Shown piece after piece: positions 30,788 through 41,152 of a DNA stretch of 64,000 nucleotides. Position 1 is the stretch's first letter. Every line of letters begins with the position of its first letter. The stretch comes from an uncultured Pseudomonadota bacterium (GTDB lineage: Bacteria > Pseudomonadota > Gammaproteobacteria > Steroidobacterales > Steroidobacteraceae): contig CALGVD010000092.1 in NCBI GenBank assembly GCA_937920275.1, forward strand, positions 13,225 to 77,224. The letters are read 5' to 3'. A program made the translations under genes and the position numbers. A model generated the notes under the pieces. It was not told the DNA's origin. It saw only the letters and a program-made list of their open reading frames with translations, and made no database searches.

Positions 30788-31630
30788 CTAGCCGGGCAGA
30801 CGGTGCGACGCGCAGGGGACCTGCCAACGGCGTGAAGGGTCGTCAAGGGAGACGGCCGTCAGAGCGCCGCCCCACACACAACCGGTGTCGAGGGCGAGCA
30901 GATCGTCCCGCAGCACGAGGCCGAGCGTCGACCAGTGACCGATCACCACCCTGGCCTCGGCGCTGCGTCGGCCGGGGGCATCGAACCACGGGAACCAGCC
31001 GGGTGGGGTGTCGGCGGCGCTGCCTTTCCGCTTCAGGTCGAGGCGCCCCTCGCCATCGACGACGCGCATGCGGGTGAGCGCGTTGATGATGAAGCGTCGT
31101 CGCGCCGCACCGGTGAGTGCGGTATCCCAACGGTCCGGCTCGTTGCCATACAGGGTGTCGAACAACGCTACCGGATCGCTGCGCAGGGCGGTCTCGACCT
31201 CCGCGGCGTATTTGAGGGTCTCGGCCACATTCCATTGAGGGACCACGCCGGCATGCACCATGAGGTCCTCGCGGGCATCGCGGACGGCCGGCGCGTGTAC
31301 GGCGAGCGGCCGCGTCATCAACCAGTCGAGCAGCAGCCTGCGATCCGGTGCCTCGAGCACGGCATCGAGCGTGTCATCCTTGCGCAATCGTCGGGCGCCG
31401 CTGCCGCAGGCCACGGCAAGGAGGTGCAGGTCGTGGTTGCCGAGCACCACGCGTGCGTTGTCGCCGAGCGCGCGCACGAAGCGCAGTACACCGAGCGAAT
31501 CGGGTCCACGGTTGACGAGGTCTCCGACGAACCAGAGCTGGTCGCGGTCAGCCGAAAATCGCGCCGCCTGCAGCAGGTCGCGCAACTCATCGAGGCAGCC
31601 CTGGAGGTCGCCGATCGCGATCCGCGCCAT
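30788..31630 (-). CDS. apaH: Symmetrical bis(5'-nucleosyl)-tetraphosphatase
   Basis: 280 aa. IGDLQGC, GDLVNRGP and GNHD metallophosphatase motifs. Confidence 0.92.
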   Translation of the reverse strand: MARIAIGDLQGCLDELRDLLQAARFSADRDQLWFVGDLVNRGPDSLGVLRFVRALGDNARVVLGNHDLHLLAVACGSGARRLRKDDTLDAVLEAPDRRLLLDWLMTRPLAVHAPAVRDAREDLMVHAGVVPQWNVAETLKYAAEVETALRSDPVALFDTLYGNEPDRWDTALTGAARRRFIINALTRMRVVDGEGRLDLKRKGSAADTPPGWFPWFDAPGRRSAEARVVIGHWSTLGLVLRDDLLALDTGCVWGGALTAVSLDDPSRRWQVPCASHRLPG

Positions 31631-31634
31631 GACC

Positions 31635-32426
31635 TCAGTCCCCGCTTACGGATGAGGTGAGCGGCAGGCAGAGCGCGAGTGCAGCGAAAGCCGCAGGCGC
31701 CAGCACCTCGGGGCGCGCGCCGGGGTCGATGCCGCAGGCGGCGATCGCTTCGGCGTCGAGCAGCGTCCGCAGGCCGTTGCGCAGCGTCTTGCGGCGCTGC
31801 GAGAACGCCGCTGCGACCACCCGGCCGTAGCGATCATCGACCGCGAACGCCGGGACCTCGCGCACCGTGAGGCGGGCGACCGCGGACCAGACCCTCGGTG
31901 CAGGACGGAAGGCGTCCGGTCCGACATCGAAGAGGTGTTCGGCCTGCACCCAAGGCGCAAGCATCACCGTCAGGCGCCCGTAGTCGTCGCTGCCGGGTGC
32001 GGCGCAGATCCGGTCGATGACCTCTTTCTGCAACATGATGTGCAGATCGTTTATCGCCTGAGGCGTCTCGAGCAGATGGAACATCAGCGGCGTCGAGATG
32101 TTGTAGGGCAGATTGCCCACGATGCGCAGCCGTTGGCCACGCAGCGCCGCCAGTGCGGCGAAGTCGAAGCGCAAGGCATCTGCTTCGTGCAGCATCAAAC
32201 CGCGCGGCACGAGCCGACTGCGCAGTGAGGCGACAAGATCGCGGTCGATCTCGATCGCGTCCATCGTGCCTGCTGCGGCGAGCAAGCTCTCGGTGATCGC
32301 GCCATGCCCCGGACCGATCTCGACCATCGATGCACCCGGTCGCGCGCTGATCGCGGCGACGATACGGTCGATGACCTGCGCATCGTGCAGGAAATGCTGA
32401 CCGAAACGCTTGCGTGCGAAGACCAT
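31635..32426 (-). CDS. rsmA: 16S rRNA (adenine1518-N6/adenine1519-N6)-dimethyltransferase
   Basis: 263 aa. KRFGQHFL start, SAM-binding VEIGPGHGAIT, and GNLPYNIST. Confidence 0.93.
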   Translation of the reverse strand: MVFARKRFGQHFLHDAQVIDRIVAAISARPGASMVEIGPGHGAITESLLAAAGTMDAIEIDRDLVASLRSRLVPRGLMLHEADALRFDFAALAALRGQRLRIVGNLPYNISTPLMFHLLETPQAINDLHIMLQKEVIDRICAAPGSDDYGRLTVMLAPWVQAEHLFDVGPDAFRPAPRVWSAVARLTVREVPAFAVDDRYGRVVAAAFSQRRKTLRNGLRTLLDAEAIAACGIDPGARPEVLAPAAFAALALCLPLTSSVSGD

Positions 32427-32432
32427 GCCGGG

Positions 32433-33434
32433 TCAGCCGCGGAAGCCGTGAGGCGCGGTCGTGCGGCCCGCGATGCGCTGCGCGGCGAGCGATGCCGCAA
32501 GTTCCACCGCAGCACGCAGGCTGCCGGGGTCAGCCCGGCCGGTCCCTGCGAGGCTGAGCGCGGTACCGTGGTCCACTGAGGTGCGCAGCACCGGGAGACC
32601 CAGTGTGATGTTGACCGCGTGGCCGAAGCCCGCATGCTTCAGCACCGGTAAGCCTTGGTCGTGGTACATGGCGAGCACGGCATCGGCGTGCGCGAGTTCG
32701 CGGGGTACGAAGGCGGTGTCCGCCGGTACCGGTCCGTGCACGAGCAGTCCGGCGTCGCGGGCCGCTGCGATGGCAGGGGCGATCACCGCCCGATCCTCGT
32801 CGCCGAGCAGCCCGTCCTCGCCAGCGTGGGGGTTCAGCCCGCAGACCGCGATGCGCGGCGCGGCGATGCCGAACTTGTCGCGCAGGTCGGTGTTCATGAT
32901 GTGCAGCACTTCGATCAGCAGCGCGGTATCGATCGCATCGGGCACGGCACGCAGCGGCAGATGGGTGGTCGCAAGCGCCACCCGAAGGGTCCCGGCGACC
33001 AGCATCATCACCGGCCGCGATGTCCCGCAGCGCTCGGCGAGATACTCGGTGTGTCCCGAGAACGGCACACCCGATGCGGCGATGGTGCTTTTCTGGACGG
33101 GTGCGGTGACCATCGCGTCCCAGCGACCCTCCCGCAGTCCTTGTAGGGCGGTATCGAGCAGCGCGAGCACATGGCCGGCGTTGCGCGGGTCGGGATGTCC
33201 CGCCGTGCAGGGGACGGCAAGCGGGTGATGTTCGATGTGGAGCCGTGCCGGATCCACACCTGCTGCCTGCGCGCGTTGCGCGATCAGCGTCCGATCGCCG
33301 AGCAGGGTGATGTCGCAGTCGATGGGCCCGCCGGCGTCACCGGCCGCCAACTGGGCGCAGATCTCGGGACCGATCCCTGCGGGCTCACCCGCGGTCAGTA
33401 CGAGGCGCGGACGGTCAGGTCTTGACGTCGACAT
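32433..33434 (-). CDS. pdxA: 4-hydroxythreonine-4-phosphate dehydrogenase
   Basis: Start at the ATG at 33434 (MSTSRPDRPRLVLTAGEPAGIGPE), overlapping the surA end by 20 nt. HTEY and the DHGTA metal-site block are present. The upstream 81 codons in the track overlap surA and are spurious. Confidence 0.9.
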   Translation of the reverse strand: MSTSRPDRPRLVLTAGEPAGIGPEICAQLAAGDAGGPIDCDITLLGDRTLIAQRAQAAGVDPARLHIEHHPLAVPCTAGHPDPRNAGHVLALLDTALQGLREGRWDAMVTAPVQKSTIAASGVPFSGHTEYLAERCGTSRPVMMLVAGTLRVALATTHLPLRAVPDAIDTALLIEVLHIMNTDLRDKFGIAAPRIAVCGLNPHAGEDGLLGDEDRAVIAPAIAAARDAGLLVHGPVPADTAFVPRELAHADAVLAMYHDQGLPVLKHAGFGHAVNITLGLPVLRTSVDHGTALSLAGTGRADPGSLRAAVELAASLAAQRIAGRTTAPHGFRG

Positions 33435-34764
33435 ACGCCTCGTCGCGCAGTCGCCGCAGCCAGAGCTCGATCTCTTCTTCGGCCTTGCTTTCGCGGAGCT
33501 GCATGAAGGCGCGCTGGCGCCGCATCTCCTCGGTGTTGTCGAATTGCCGCCGGCCGAGCAACTGCACGATGTGCCAACCGAACTGGCTGCGGAACGGCTG
33601 GCTGATCTCGTCCTGCTGCAGGGCCGCCAGCACCTTCTCGAACTCCGGCACGAAGGCGCCGGGCGTGGTCCAGCCAAGGTCGCCGCCCTCGCTCGCCGAC
33701 CCCGGGTCTTCAGACAATGTCTTGGCGAGACCGGCGAAATCCTCGCCCTTGAGGATGCGCTCGCGCACAGCGCGCAACCGCTGCTCGACCGTGGCGTCGT
33801 CCTGGATCTCGGTGGGCTTGAGCAGGATGTGGCGTGCGTTGGTCTGTTCCACGAGACCTTGTGCCGCTTCGCCGCGCAGTTCGTTGAGTCTCACGATGTG
33901 GTAACCGGAGGGCGTGCGCAGGGGCTCACTGGTCTCACCGGCCTTGAGTTGCACCACCAGGTCTGCCAGCACCGTGGGGATCTCCGGACCGCGACGCCAA
34001 CCGAGCGAACCGCCCTCCAAGGCCGTTTGGCTGTTGGAGTTGGCGATGGCGAGCTGGGCGAAATCCTCGCCGGCGCGCGCCCGGCGACTGACATCCTCAG
34101 CGCGCCTCGCGGCTTCCTCGAGTTGCTGCGTCGAGGGGTCCTGCGGCACCACGATGAGGATGTGAGAGAGGTTGTATTCATTGGCCTCGGAGGGCCGGTT
34201 TTTTTCCTTGGCGATGAACTGCTCGATCTCCCGCGGGGAGACATTGATGCGTTGCAGTACATCGCGCTGCCTGAGCACCTGGGTGGTCATCTCGCGGCGC
34301 ACGCTCTCGCGGTAGGCGTTGTAGTCGACGCCTTGCGAGGCGAGCGCCTTGGGCAGGTCTGCGAGAGGGATGCCGTTGCGCTGTGCGACATCGGCGAGCG
34401 CTGAATTGAGCGCCTCGTCGTTGATACGGATGCCGGCGCGTTGCGCACGCTGCATCTGGATCTCCTGCAGCACCAGCCGGTCGAGCACCTGTTGGCGCAG
34501 CACCGCGGCGGGCGGCATCTCCATGCCTTGGCCGCTGATGCGCTCGGTGATCTCGGCGACCTGTTCATCGAGTTCGCTGCTGAGCACCACGCCGTCGTTG
34601 ACCACCGCAGCGACCCGATCGAGCATCTCGCCGCGGTCCGAGAGCGTGCGCGCTTGGGCGTGGACGGAGCCGCTCGCGAGCGACAGCGCCACCGCTAGGG
34701 TGAGCGCGCAGGCCAGCGCGGTCACGGAGTGGCGGGGCAGATGGAAAGTCGGTGCGGTCGGCAT
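33415..34764 (-). CDS. surA: Periplasmic chaperone / peptidyl-prolyl isomerase SurA
   Basis: 449 aa with a signal peptide, the N-terminal chaperone domain (DRVAAVVNDGVVL) and two parvulin domains (HILI.., HILL..). Confidence 0.9.
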   Translation of the reverse strand: MPTAPTFHLPRHSVTALACALTLAVALSLASGSVHAQARTLSDRGEMLDRVAAVVNDGVVLSSELDEQVAEITERISGQGMEMPPAAVLRQQVLDRLVLQEIQMQRAQRAGIRINDEALNSALADVAQRNGIPLADLPKALASQGVDYNAYRESVRREMTTQVLRQRDVLQRINVSPREIEQFIAKEKNRPSEANEYNLSHILIVVPQDPSTQQLEEAARRAEDVSRRARAGEDFAQLAIANSNSQTALEGGSLGWRRGPEIPTVLADLVVQLKAGETSEPLRTPSGYHIVRLNELRGEAAQGLVEQTNARHILLKPTEIQDDATVEQRLRAVRERILKGEDFAGLAKTLSEDPGSASEGGDLGWTTPGAFVPEFEKVLAALQQDEISQPFRSQFGWHIVQLLGRRQFDNTEEMRRQRAFMQLRESKAEEEIELWLRRLRDEAYVDVKT

Positions 34765-34793
34765 GGGCGTCGGTTCCGAAAAACGGTTGGAAG

Positions 34794-37112
34794 TCAGCGG
34801 GTTACGCTTGACCGTGAGTATCCACGAAATGCCTCGTCGAGGAAAGCGTCCGCCCCACTTCCGACACTCGAGAGGCCGTTCAGTTCAAGTTGCAGGTAGA
34901 ACTGGGTGTCGCGCTCGCCCGTGCGGCTCGAGATGTAGCGTCGGCCGACCGCCCGCAGCCGCCAACAGCAGGAGCGGAACTCCAAGCCCGCGAAATGCTC
35001 GAGATCCGAATCTGATTGCAGATCGTGCACCAGCTTGCCGAAAGCGCTCCAGCGCTCGGTGAGCGGCCAGGCACCCGAGATCTCGGCTTGCTCCAGGCCA
35101 CCCTGTTGGAAGTTGTAGGAGAGGTTCAGGGCGCGTACCGGGTCCGGGCTGTAGCGCAGCCGGAAACTGTTGCGCTCGCGACGCTCGTCGCGGGTGTTCC
35201 ATTGCAGGCCGAAATCGGCCGTCCAATGGCTCCAGGCCGACACACTCACTTCGGCCACCAGATCAGATTCGCGGCGACGGGGGCTGGGCTCATCGGGGAG
35301 CCGCACGCGCGATGCCTCAAAATACCTGATCTGGCCGACCGTCGCCGACAGCAGTTGCCGCCCGCGATCGTCGTAGACGCGGGTGGTCGCGCCCAGGCTC
35401 AGTTGGTTCGCATCGGCGACCCGATCCGCACCGACATAGCGCTCGGTGCTGAAGAGCTGACCGAAGTCGAGATCGGGCAGGGCGGTGTCGAAGATCGGCA
35501 ACGGATCCTGGTCACGGAACGGCGTCCAAAGATAAAGCATGCGCGGCTCGAGCGTGATCCGTCGCGCAGCCGCATCGACGGCCGGTCGCTCGAGACGCAA
35601 TCCGACATCGACCCAGGCTGACGGCAGATCGCGACGCAGCGAACCCGGACCGTCGGTCACGCCGGCGAGATCGTAACGGGTATGACGCCAAGCGACACCA
35701 GGTCTGGCGAACCAACCCGGTCGATCGAACGAGAGCCCTAACTGGGGCCGGGCGTCGAGGCGCCAGCCGGTGACCCCCACATCGCGGTCGAAGCGGACCA
35801 ACTCGGCGTCCATGCTTGCGAGCAGCCGCTGCTCGGGTCCGAAAGCCAGGTCGCCGCGGGCGAGCAGCCTCGGCAATGTGGCGTAAGGACGGTCGAGCGG
35901 CGCCAGCGCGCGGTCGATGGTCTGGAAATCCCTGATCTCGCCGAGCAACGCCCATCGTTCATCCTCGTACGAGACGCTCATCACCTGGTCGAGGAAAGTG
36001 GTGCTCGAGTCGGATCCGCCGTGGGAGAAATCCTCAAAATATTCGGCATCGCTGACCTGTTGCGCATCGACATCGATATGCCAGCCGGACCCGAGGTCGC
36101 CATCGTGCCGCCATTGCAGCCAATGACGTTCGCTGTCTTCGAGCCTGTCCGACGGCAGCAAGCGCGCCTGCAGCCGTCCTGCGTGGCGCTCGGTGAGGTA
36201 GCGGTAGCGGCCGCCGAGATCGACGCCGCGTCGGCCGTAGAACATCGGATCGAAGGTGAGATCGTGGTTGGGGGCGAGATTGAAGTAGTAGGGCACACCG
36301 ACTTCGACACCGCTGCGCGAACTGAATCCAACGCTCGGGAAGAGGAACCCGCTCTTTCTCTGGTCGCCGACCGGGAACGAGATCCAAGGGAGGTAGAGGA
36401 TCGGCACGCCCATGAACTCGACCGCGGCATCGCGGCCGGTGCCATTGCGTCCGACCATGTCGAGCTCGATGCTGCGGGCGCGTATCCGCCAGTCCGGGTT
36501 CGTGGCGGGGCAGGTGCTGAACCAGACTTCCTGCAGTCGGATGTCGCCGTCCGCATCGACCTCGAGGCGTTCCGCCGCGCCGCGGGCCGGGCGCTCGGGT
36601 AACTCGAAGGTCGTGTCCTCGAATGCGGCACCACCGGCGGGGTCGTAGCGCCCACTGCGGCCAGCGACCTCGAGCGAGGGGTCGGTGTATCGGACGGTAC
36701 CGTCGACCTTGAAGAGGTTCGTCTTGGCGTCGTAGGTGACATCCTCTGCGGACAGGACGCGTTCGCCTTGGGTGACGCGCACATCGCCGGTAAGCACCGC
36801 GTCGCCGTCGGTACCGAGCACGGCGGAATCGCTGCTGATCTCGATGCGCGGCTCGGTGTCCGTCGTCGGCGTCGTCCGGGTCGCCCCGTCTGGCGCTCGC
36901 GGCGCGTCTGGGGGGGTGCTGGCGAGCAGTGCTTCGCGCACCGAAGAGGGTGCCGGGCAGCGCATCGGACGGCTCTCGCGGGGCTGCGGGGTGACCTCCT
37001 CGGCGTGCAGCGACGGTGACATCGTCGCACACGACACGATGACCAGCAGCGCATAGGGCAGGGCCGGAAGAAGGGTCGCGTGGCGGGGCGGCGGCGACAT
37101 GGGTGTAACCAT
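34794..37112 (-). CDS. lptD: LPS-assembly outer-membrane protein LptD
   Basis: 772 aa with a signal peptide, an OstA N-domain and a large beta-barrel ending in an aromatic-rich region. Canonical position upstream of surA. The start could instead be the ATG at 37100. Confidence 0.9.
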   Translation of the reverse strand: MVTPMSPPPRHATLLPALPYALLVIVSCATMSPSLHAEEVTPQPRESRPMRCPAPSSVREALLASTPPDAPRAPDGATRTTPTTDTEPRIEISSDSAVLGTDGDAVLTGDVRVTQGERVLSAEDVTYDAKTNLFKVDGTVRYTDPSLEVAGRSGRYDPAGGAAFEDTTFELPERPARGAAERLEVDADGDIRLQEVWFSTCPATNPDWRIRARSIELDMVGRNGTGRDAAVEFMGVPILYLPWISFPVGDQRKSGFLFPSVGFSSRSGVEVGVPYYFNLAPNHDLTFDPMFYGRRGVDLGGRYRYLTERHAGRLQARLLPSDRLEDSERHWLQWRHDGDLGSGWHIDVDAQQVSDAEYFEDFSHGGSDSSTTFLDQVMSVSYEDERWALLGEIRDFQTIDRALAPLDRPYATLPRLLARGDLAFGPEQRLLASMDAELVRFDRDVGVTGWRLDARPQLGLSFDRPGWFARPGVAWRHTRYDLAGVTDGPGSLRRDLPSAWVDVGLRLERPAVDAAARRITLEPRMLYLWTPFRDQDPLPIFDTALPDLDFGQLFSTERYVGADRVADANQLSLGATTRVYDDRGRQLLSATVGQIRYFEASRVRLPDEPSPRRRESDLVAEVSVSAWSHWTADFGLQWNTRDERRERNSFRLRYSPDPVRALNLSYNFQQGGLEQAEISGAWPLTERWSAFGKLVHDLQSDSDLEHFAGLEFRSCCWRLRAVGRRYISSRTGERDTQFYLQLELNGLSSVGSGADAFLDEAFRGYSRSSVTR

Positions 37113-37147
37113 TATAATGTCAGCCCCTCCCGCACCCTGCGGATTTC

Positions 37148-38206
37148 ATGACCTCTTCCGATCCGCGCTTGGCGACCCTCACCCGCTGGGTGGGCGAGGA
37201 ACTCGGGCATCGCCTCGAGCGGATCTCCGTGGCCTCGGCAGACGCGAGCTTCCGCCGCTATTTCCGCGCCCATCTCGCCGACGGGCGCAGCTTCATCGTG
37301 ATGGATGCCCCGCCCGAGCGCGAGGACATCAGCCCTTACTTGCACGTCACGGGTCTGCTCGCCGGGATCGGCTTGCATGTCCCGACAGTACACGCGGTCG
37401 ATCGCGCGCGCGGTCTCATGCTGTTGGAGGACCTCGGCACCGAACAGTATCTTGCGGCGCTGCAGGATCGTTCCCGCGCCGATGCGCTCTATGGGGAAGC
37501 CCTCGGTGCGCTGTGCACCTTGCAGCTGCGCGGCGGTGACGCGGCCGCCCAGCTCTCGCCGTACGACGATGCGGTGTTGCAGCGTGAGCTCGAGCTCATG
37601 CCCGAGTGGTTCGCGGTGCAGCACCTCGACCTCGTGCTCACCGAAGAGGATCGCGGCGTGCTGGCAGCCTCATTCAAGGTGCTGAGAGAAGAGGCGCTCG
37701 CGCAGCCTGTGGCGTTCGTGCACCGGGATTACCATTCGCGCAACCTCATGGTGCTGCCGGCGGCAGGCCCCGGCATCATCGATTTCCAGGACGCGCTCGC
37801 CGGTCCCGTGTGCTACGACCTCGTCTCGTTGCTCAAGGATTGCTATGTCCGGTGGCCACGCGCGCAGGTCGAAGCGTGGCTGCGCGGACATCGTGCTGCG
37901 CTGCGTGCCGGCGGGGGTGCCACCCTCACCGGTTCGAGCGATCGCGAGTTCCTGCGGTGGTTCGATTTCATCGGCGTCCAACGCCACATCAAGGTGCTCG
38001 GTATCTTCGCGCGGCTCTGCTGGCGCGACGGCAAGCTCGGCTACCTCGATGACCTGCCGCTGACGCTCGGATACACGCTCGATGCCTGTGCGCGCCATCC
38101 CGAACTGTCGGACCTCGGCGCGTGGTTGCGACGACTGGCTTTGCCTCGGCTCGCGGCAGCCAACGATCGGGCGCGGCTCGCGGCCACCGTTCGGTCGGCG
38201 CCGTGA
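37148..38206 (+). CDS. amgK: Anomeric N-acetylmuramate/N-acetylglucosamine kinase (aminoglycoside-phosphotransferase fold)
   Basis: 352 aa. APH-type catalytic loop HRDYHSRNLM and IDFQDA. Divergent from lptD and followed by murU, the same arrangement I recall from Pseudomonas (lptD / amgK / murU). Confidence 0.8.
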   Translation: MTSSDPRLATLTRWVGEELGHRLERISVASADASFRRYFRAHLADGRSFIVMDAPPEREDISPYLHVTGLLAGIGLHVPTVHAVDRARGLMLLEDLGTEQYLAALQDRSRADALYGEALGALCTLQLRGGDAAAQLSPYDDAVLQRELELMPEWFAVQHLDLVLTEEDRGVLAASFKVLREEALAQPVAFVHRDYHSRNLMVLPAAGPGIIDFQDALAGPVCYDLVSLLKDCYVRWPRAQVEAWLRGHRAALRAGGGATLTGSSDREFLRWFDFIGVQRHIKVLGIFARLCWRDGKLGYLDDLPLTLGYTLDACARHPELSDLGAWLRRLALPRLAAANDRARLAATVRSAP

Positions 38207-38901
38207 AGGCGATGATCCTCGCGGCAGGGCGTGGTGAGCGTATGCGTCCGCTCACCGACGATCGTCCGAAGCCGTTGCTCGAGGTGGGCGGTCGGTCTTT
38301 GCTCGAGTGGCATCTCGTCGCCTTGGCGCGCGCCGGTATCGTCGATGTGGTCATCAACCTTGCGTGGCAGGGCGAGCGGATCCGCGAGGCCTTGGGCGAT
38401 GGCGCGGATCACAGTGTGCGCATCCGCTACAGCGACGAGGGTGAATCGGCGCTCGAGACCGGTGGTGGCATATTCCGCGCTCTGCCTCTGCTCGGTGCGG
38501 CACCGTTCCTCGTGGTCAACGGCGACATCTGGACCGACCACGACTTTGCCCAGTTGCCACCGCTCGACTCCGGTGCTCTCGCGAGCCTCGTCCTCGTGCC
38601 GAATCCGCCACATCATCCGCAAGGCGATTTCGGTCTCGTGGCGCGGGCCGAAGGCGGCTTCGATGTGCTCACCACACCGGGTGATGCACCGCGTCACACC
38701 TACTCCGGGATCGGCGTGTATCGGCCCGAGTTCTTCGAGGGTTCCACCGATGGCCGGTTCCCGCTGTTGCCGCTCCTGCGCCGGGCGGGGGCGGCGGGTC
38801 GGCTGCGGGGACGGCTGTATCAAGGGCTTTGGTGTGATGTCGGGACCCCAGAGCGGCTGCGGGAACTCGACGAACGCCTCGGAGGCGGTGCCGTCGGCTG
38901 A
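38203..38901 (+). CDS. murU: N-acetylmuramate alpha-1-phosphate uridylyltransferase
   Basis: GTG at 38203 overlaps the amgK stop (GTGA); the alternative start is the ATG at 38212. Nucleotidyltransferase motif ILAAGRGERMRPLT. Confidence 0.8.
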   Translation: MKAMILAAGRGERMRPLTDDRPKPLLEVGGRSLLEWHLVALARAGIVDVVINLAWQGERIREALGDGADHSVRIRYSDEGESALETGGGIFRALPLLGAAPFLVVNGDIWTDHDFAQLPPLDSGALASLVLVPNPPHHPQGDFGLVARAEGGFDVLTTPGDAPRHTYSGIGVYRPEFFEGSTDGRFPLLPLLRRAGAAGRLRGRLYQGLWCDVGTPERLRELDERLGGGAVG

Positions 38902-38955
38902 CGGCTGACAGCGGACGAGCGACGAGGCGCGCCAGCGGCGCGTACACTACCCCCC

Positions 38956-39978
38956 ATGGACGAAGACTCCCGCGACCCGGCCCCGCGCCCTGCGAGTGGC
39001 CTGAAATATCGCACCCCACAGGGCTTCAACGCGATCCGAGACGGCATCAAGGCGACCGCCGCTGCACCGGTCCGGGTGCCGGGGGGCAAGCCGCGTTGGC
39101 TCAAGGCGCCGTTCGCCGGGGGCGCCCGCTACGAGATCGTGCGCCAGACGGTGCGCGAGCACCGCCTCGCCACGGTCTGCGAAGAGGCGAAATGCCCGAA
39201 CATCGGCGAATGTTGGAACGCCGGTACCGCGACCCTGATGCTGATGGGCGAGGTCTGCACGCGGGCCTGTCGCTTCTGCGCCGTCGACACCGGCAACCCG
39301 CGCGGCTGGCTCGATCCTGAAGAGCCGCGCAATGCGGCGCGTACCGTACAGCTCATGGGCCTCCGTTATGTGGTGCTCACCTCGGTCAACCGCGACGATC
39401 TGCCCGATGGAGGTGCTGCGCATTTCGCGGCCACGGTGCGGGAGATCAAGACGCTGATGCCAGAGACCGCCGTCGAGGCTTTGGTGCCCGATTTCCAAGG
39501 GGTGGCGGCTGATATCGATACCGTGGTCGATTCGGGTCTCGAAGTGTTCGCACAGAACGTCGAGACCGTCCGGCGCCTGACCCATCCGGTGCGCGATCCG
39601 CGCGCCGGTTACGAGCAGACGCTGCGGGTGCTGGCCCATGCCAAGCGGCGCCGCCCGGAGGTGCTCACCAAGTCGAGCATCATGCTCGGCCTTGGCGAGA
39701 CCGATGACGAACTGCGCGAGTCGATGGACGACCTACGGGCACACGAGGTCGACCTGCTGACGCTCGGCCAGTATCTGCAGCCGACCGTGAACCACCTGCC
39801 GGTGGCGCGTTTCGTGGCGCCGGAGGAGTTCGATCGCTACCGGGAGTGGGCGCTGGCGCGAGGCTTCCGCGAATGCGTCTCGGGGCCGTTGGTGCGATCG
39901 AGCTATCGCGCTGAGCAGGCGCTTGCGGGTAATAACGCCGGTGTGGTGAATGCGGGATCTGCCCCTACGCGTCCGTGA
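38956..39978 (+). CDS. lipA: Lipoyl synthase
   Basis: 340 aa. Auxiliary cluster [12 protein letters not shown] and radical-SAM cluster CTRACRFC. Confidence 0.96.
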   Translation: MDEDSRDPAPRPASGLKYRTPQGFNAIRDGIKATAAAPVRVPGGKPRWLKAPFAGGARYEIVRQTVREHRLATVCEEAKCPNIGECWNAGTATLMLMGEVCTRACRFCAVDTGNPRGWLDPEEPRNAARTVQLMGLRYVVLTSVNRDDLPDGGAAHFAATVREIKTLMPETAVEALVPDFQGVAADIDTVVDSGLEVFAQNVETVRRLTHPVRDPRAGYEQTLRVLAHAKRRRPEVLTKSSIMLGLGETDDELRESMDDLRAHEVDLLTLGQYLQPTVNHLPVARFVAPEEFDRYREWALARGFRECVSGPLVRSSYRAEQALAGNNAGVVNAGSAPTRP

Positions 39979-40579
39979 ACTCGGCCGCGCCCAGTACCTC
40001 GACACCTGGCGTGCGATGCAGGCCTTCACCGATCAGCGCGGAGCCGACACCCCGGACGAACTCTGGGTGCTCGAGCACGAACCGGTCTTCACGCTCGGCA
40101 TGAACGCGGATCCCGCCCACCTGCTCGCGCCGGGTGACATCCCGGTGGTGCAGGTCGATCGCGGCGGGCAGGTCACCTACCACGGCCCTGGGCAGCTCGT
40201 GGTCTATCCGCTCATCGACCTGCGCCGTGCAGGCCTTGGCGTGCGCGATCTGGTCACCGCCCTGGAACAGGCGGTGATCGCCACCGCCGCCGCTTTCGGC
40301 ATCGTGGCGGCCACTCGGCCGGGTGCCCCGGGGGTGTATGTGGAGGGCGCCAAACTGGCGAGCGTCGGTATACGGGTCCGCCGCGGGGCGAGTTATCATG
40401 GGGCAGCCATCAATGTCGACATGGATCTCGGCCCGTTCAGCAGGATCAACCCCTGCGGCTTCGAAGGGCTGGCGATGACCCAGTTGGCGGCGCTTGGCGG
40501 ACCGCGTGGAATCGCAGCTGTGGCAGGCGTGCTTGTCCCGGAACTGCACCGATCTTTGGAGAGCCGTTGCCATGGATAG
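39950..40579 (+). CDS. lipB: Octanoyltransferase
   Basis: 209 aa. [25 protein letters not shown], and the catalytic Cys in NPCG. Overlaps the lipA 3' end by 29 nt. Confidence 0.92.
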   Translation: MRDLPLRVRELGRAQYLDTWRAMQAFTDQRGADTPDELWVLEHEPVFTLGMNADPAHLLAPGDIPVVQVDRGGQVTYHGPGQLVVYPLIDLRRAGLGVRDLVTALEQAVIATAAAFGIVAATRPGAPGVYVEGAKLASVGIRVRRGASYHGAAINVDMDLGPFSRINPCGFEGLAMTQLAALGGPRGIAAVAGVLVPELHRSLESRCHG

Positions 40580-41144
40580 ACCGACCCATACACCCGAAGA
40601 TCTGGCCGCCGTCCGCCGGTTGCTCGGCTACATCGGCGAGGACCCCGATCGCGAAGGTCTGCTCGAGACCCCGGCACGATTCCTCAAGGCTTGGGAGGAA
40701 TACACCCGCGGCTACCGCATGAACCCGGAGGATATCCTCAAATCCTTCGAGGACGGCGCGCAGAGCGTCGATGAGATGGTGATCGTCCGCGATATCCCCG
40801 TCTATTCTTTGTGCGAGCATCACCTCGCGCCGTTCTTCGGCAAGGCCCATGTCGGTTATGTGCCCGACAAGCGCATCCTCGGGCTCTCGAAGATATCGCG
40901 GTTGGTCGAGATCTTCGGCCGACGGCTGCAGGTCCAGGAACGGCTCACCAACCAGATCGCCGACGCGCTCGACCAAAATCTCAAGGCGCTGGGGGTGGCG
41001 GTGGTGATCGAATGTCGCCACATGTGCATGGAATCTCGTGGTGTCCGTCACACCGGCACCGCGACGGTCACCTCCGCCTTGCGGGGCAGCATCAAGACCA
41101 ATGCCGACACGCGCCGCGAATTCCTCTCGCTGATCGGCCGCTGA
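40572..41144 (+). CDS. folE: GTP cyclohydrolase I (type 1)
   Basis: Start at the ATG at 40572, overlapping the lipB end by 8 nt. [11 protein letters not shown], the zinc site CEHHLAPF, and QVQERLT. Confidence 0.95.
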   Translation: MDRPTHTPEDLAAVRRLLGYIGEDPDREGLLETPARFLKAWEEYTRGYRMNPEDILKSFEDGAQSVDEMVIVRDIPVYSLCEHHLAPFFGKAHVGYVPDKRILGLSKISRLVEIFGRRLQVQERLTNQIADALDQNLKALGVAVVIECRHMCMESRGVRHTGTATVTSALRGSIKTNADTRREFLSLIGR

Positions 41145-41151
41145 TCGGCCG
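41130..41151. repeat. Tandem 11-bp duplication (CTGATCGGCCG x2) at the convergent folE/ybeD junction
   Basis: Copies at 41130-41140 and 41141-41151. The second copy contains the folE stop (41142-41144). Together with GTCAG it forms a near-palindrome, CTGATCGGCCGGTCAG, spanning the 8-bp gap. Confidence 0.85.
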
Positions 41152-41152
41152 G

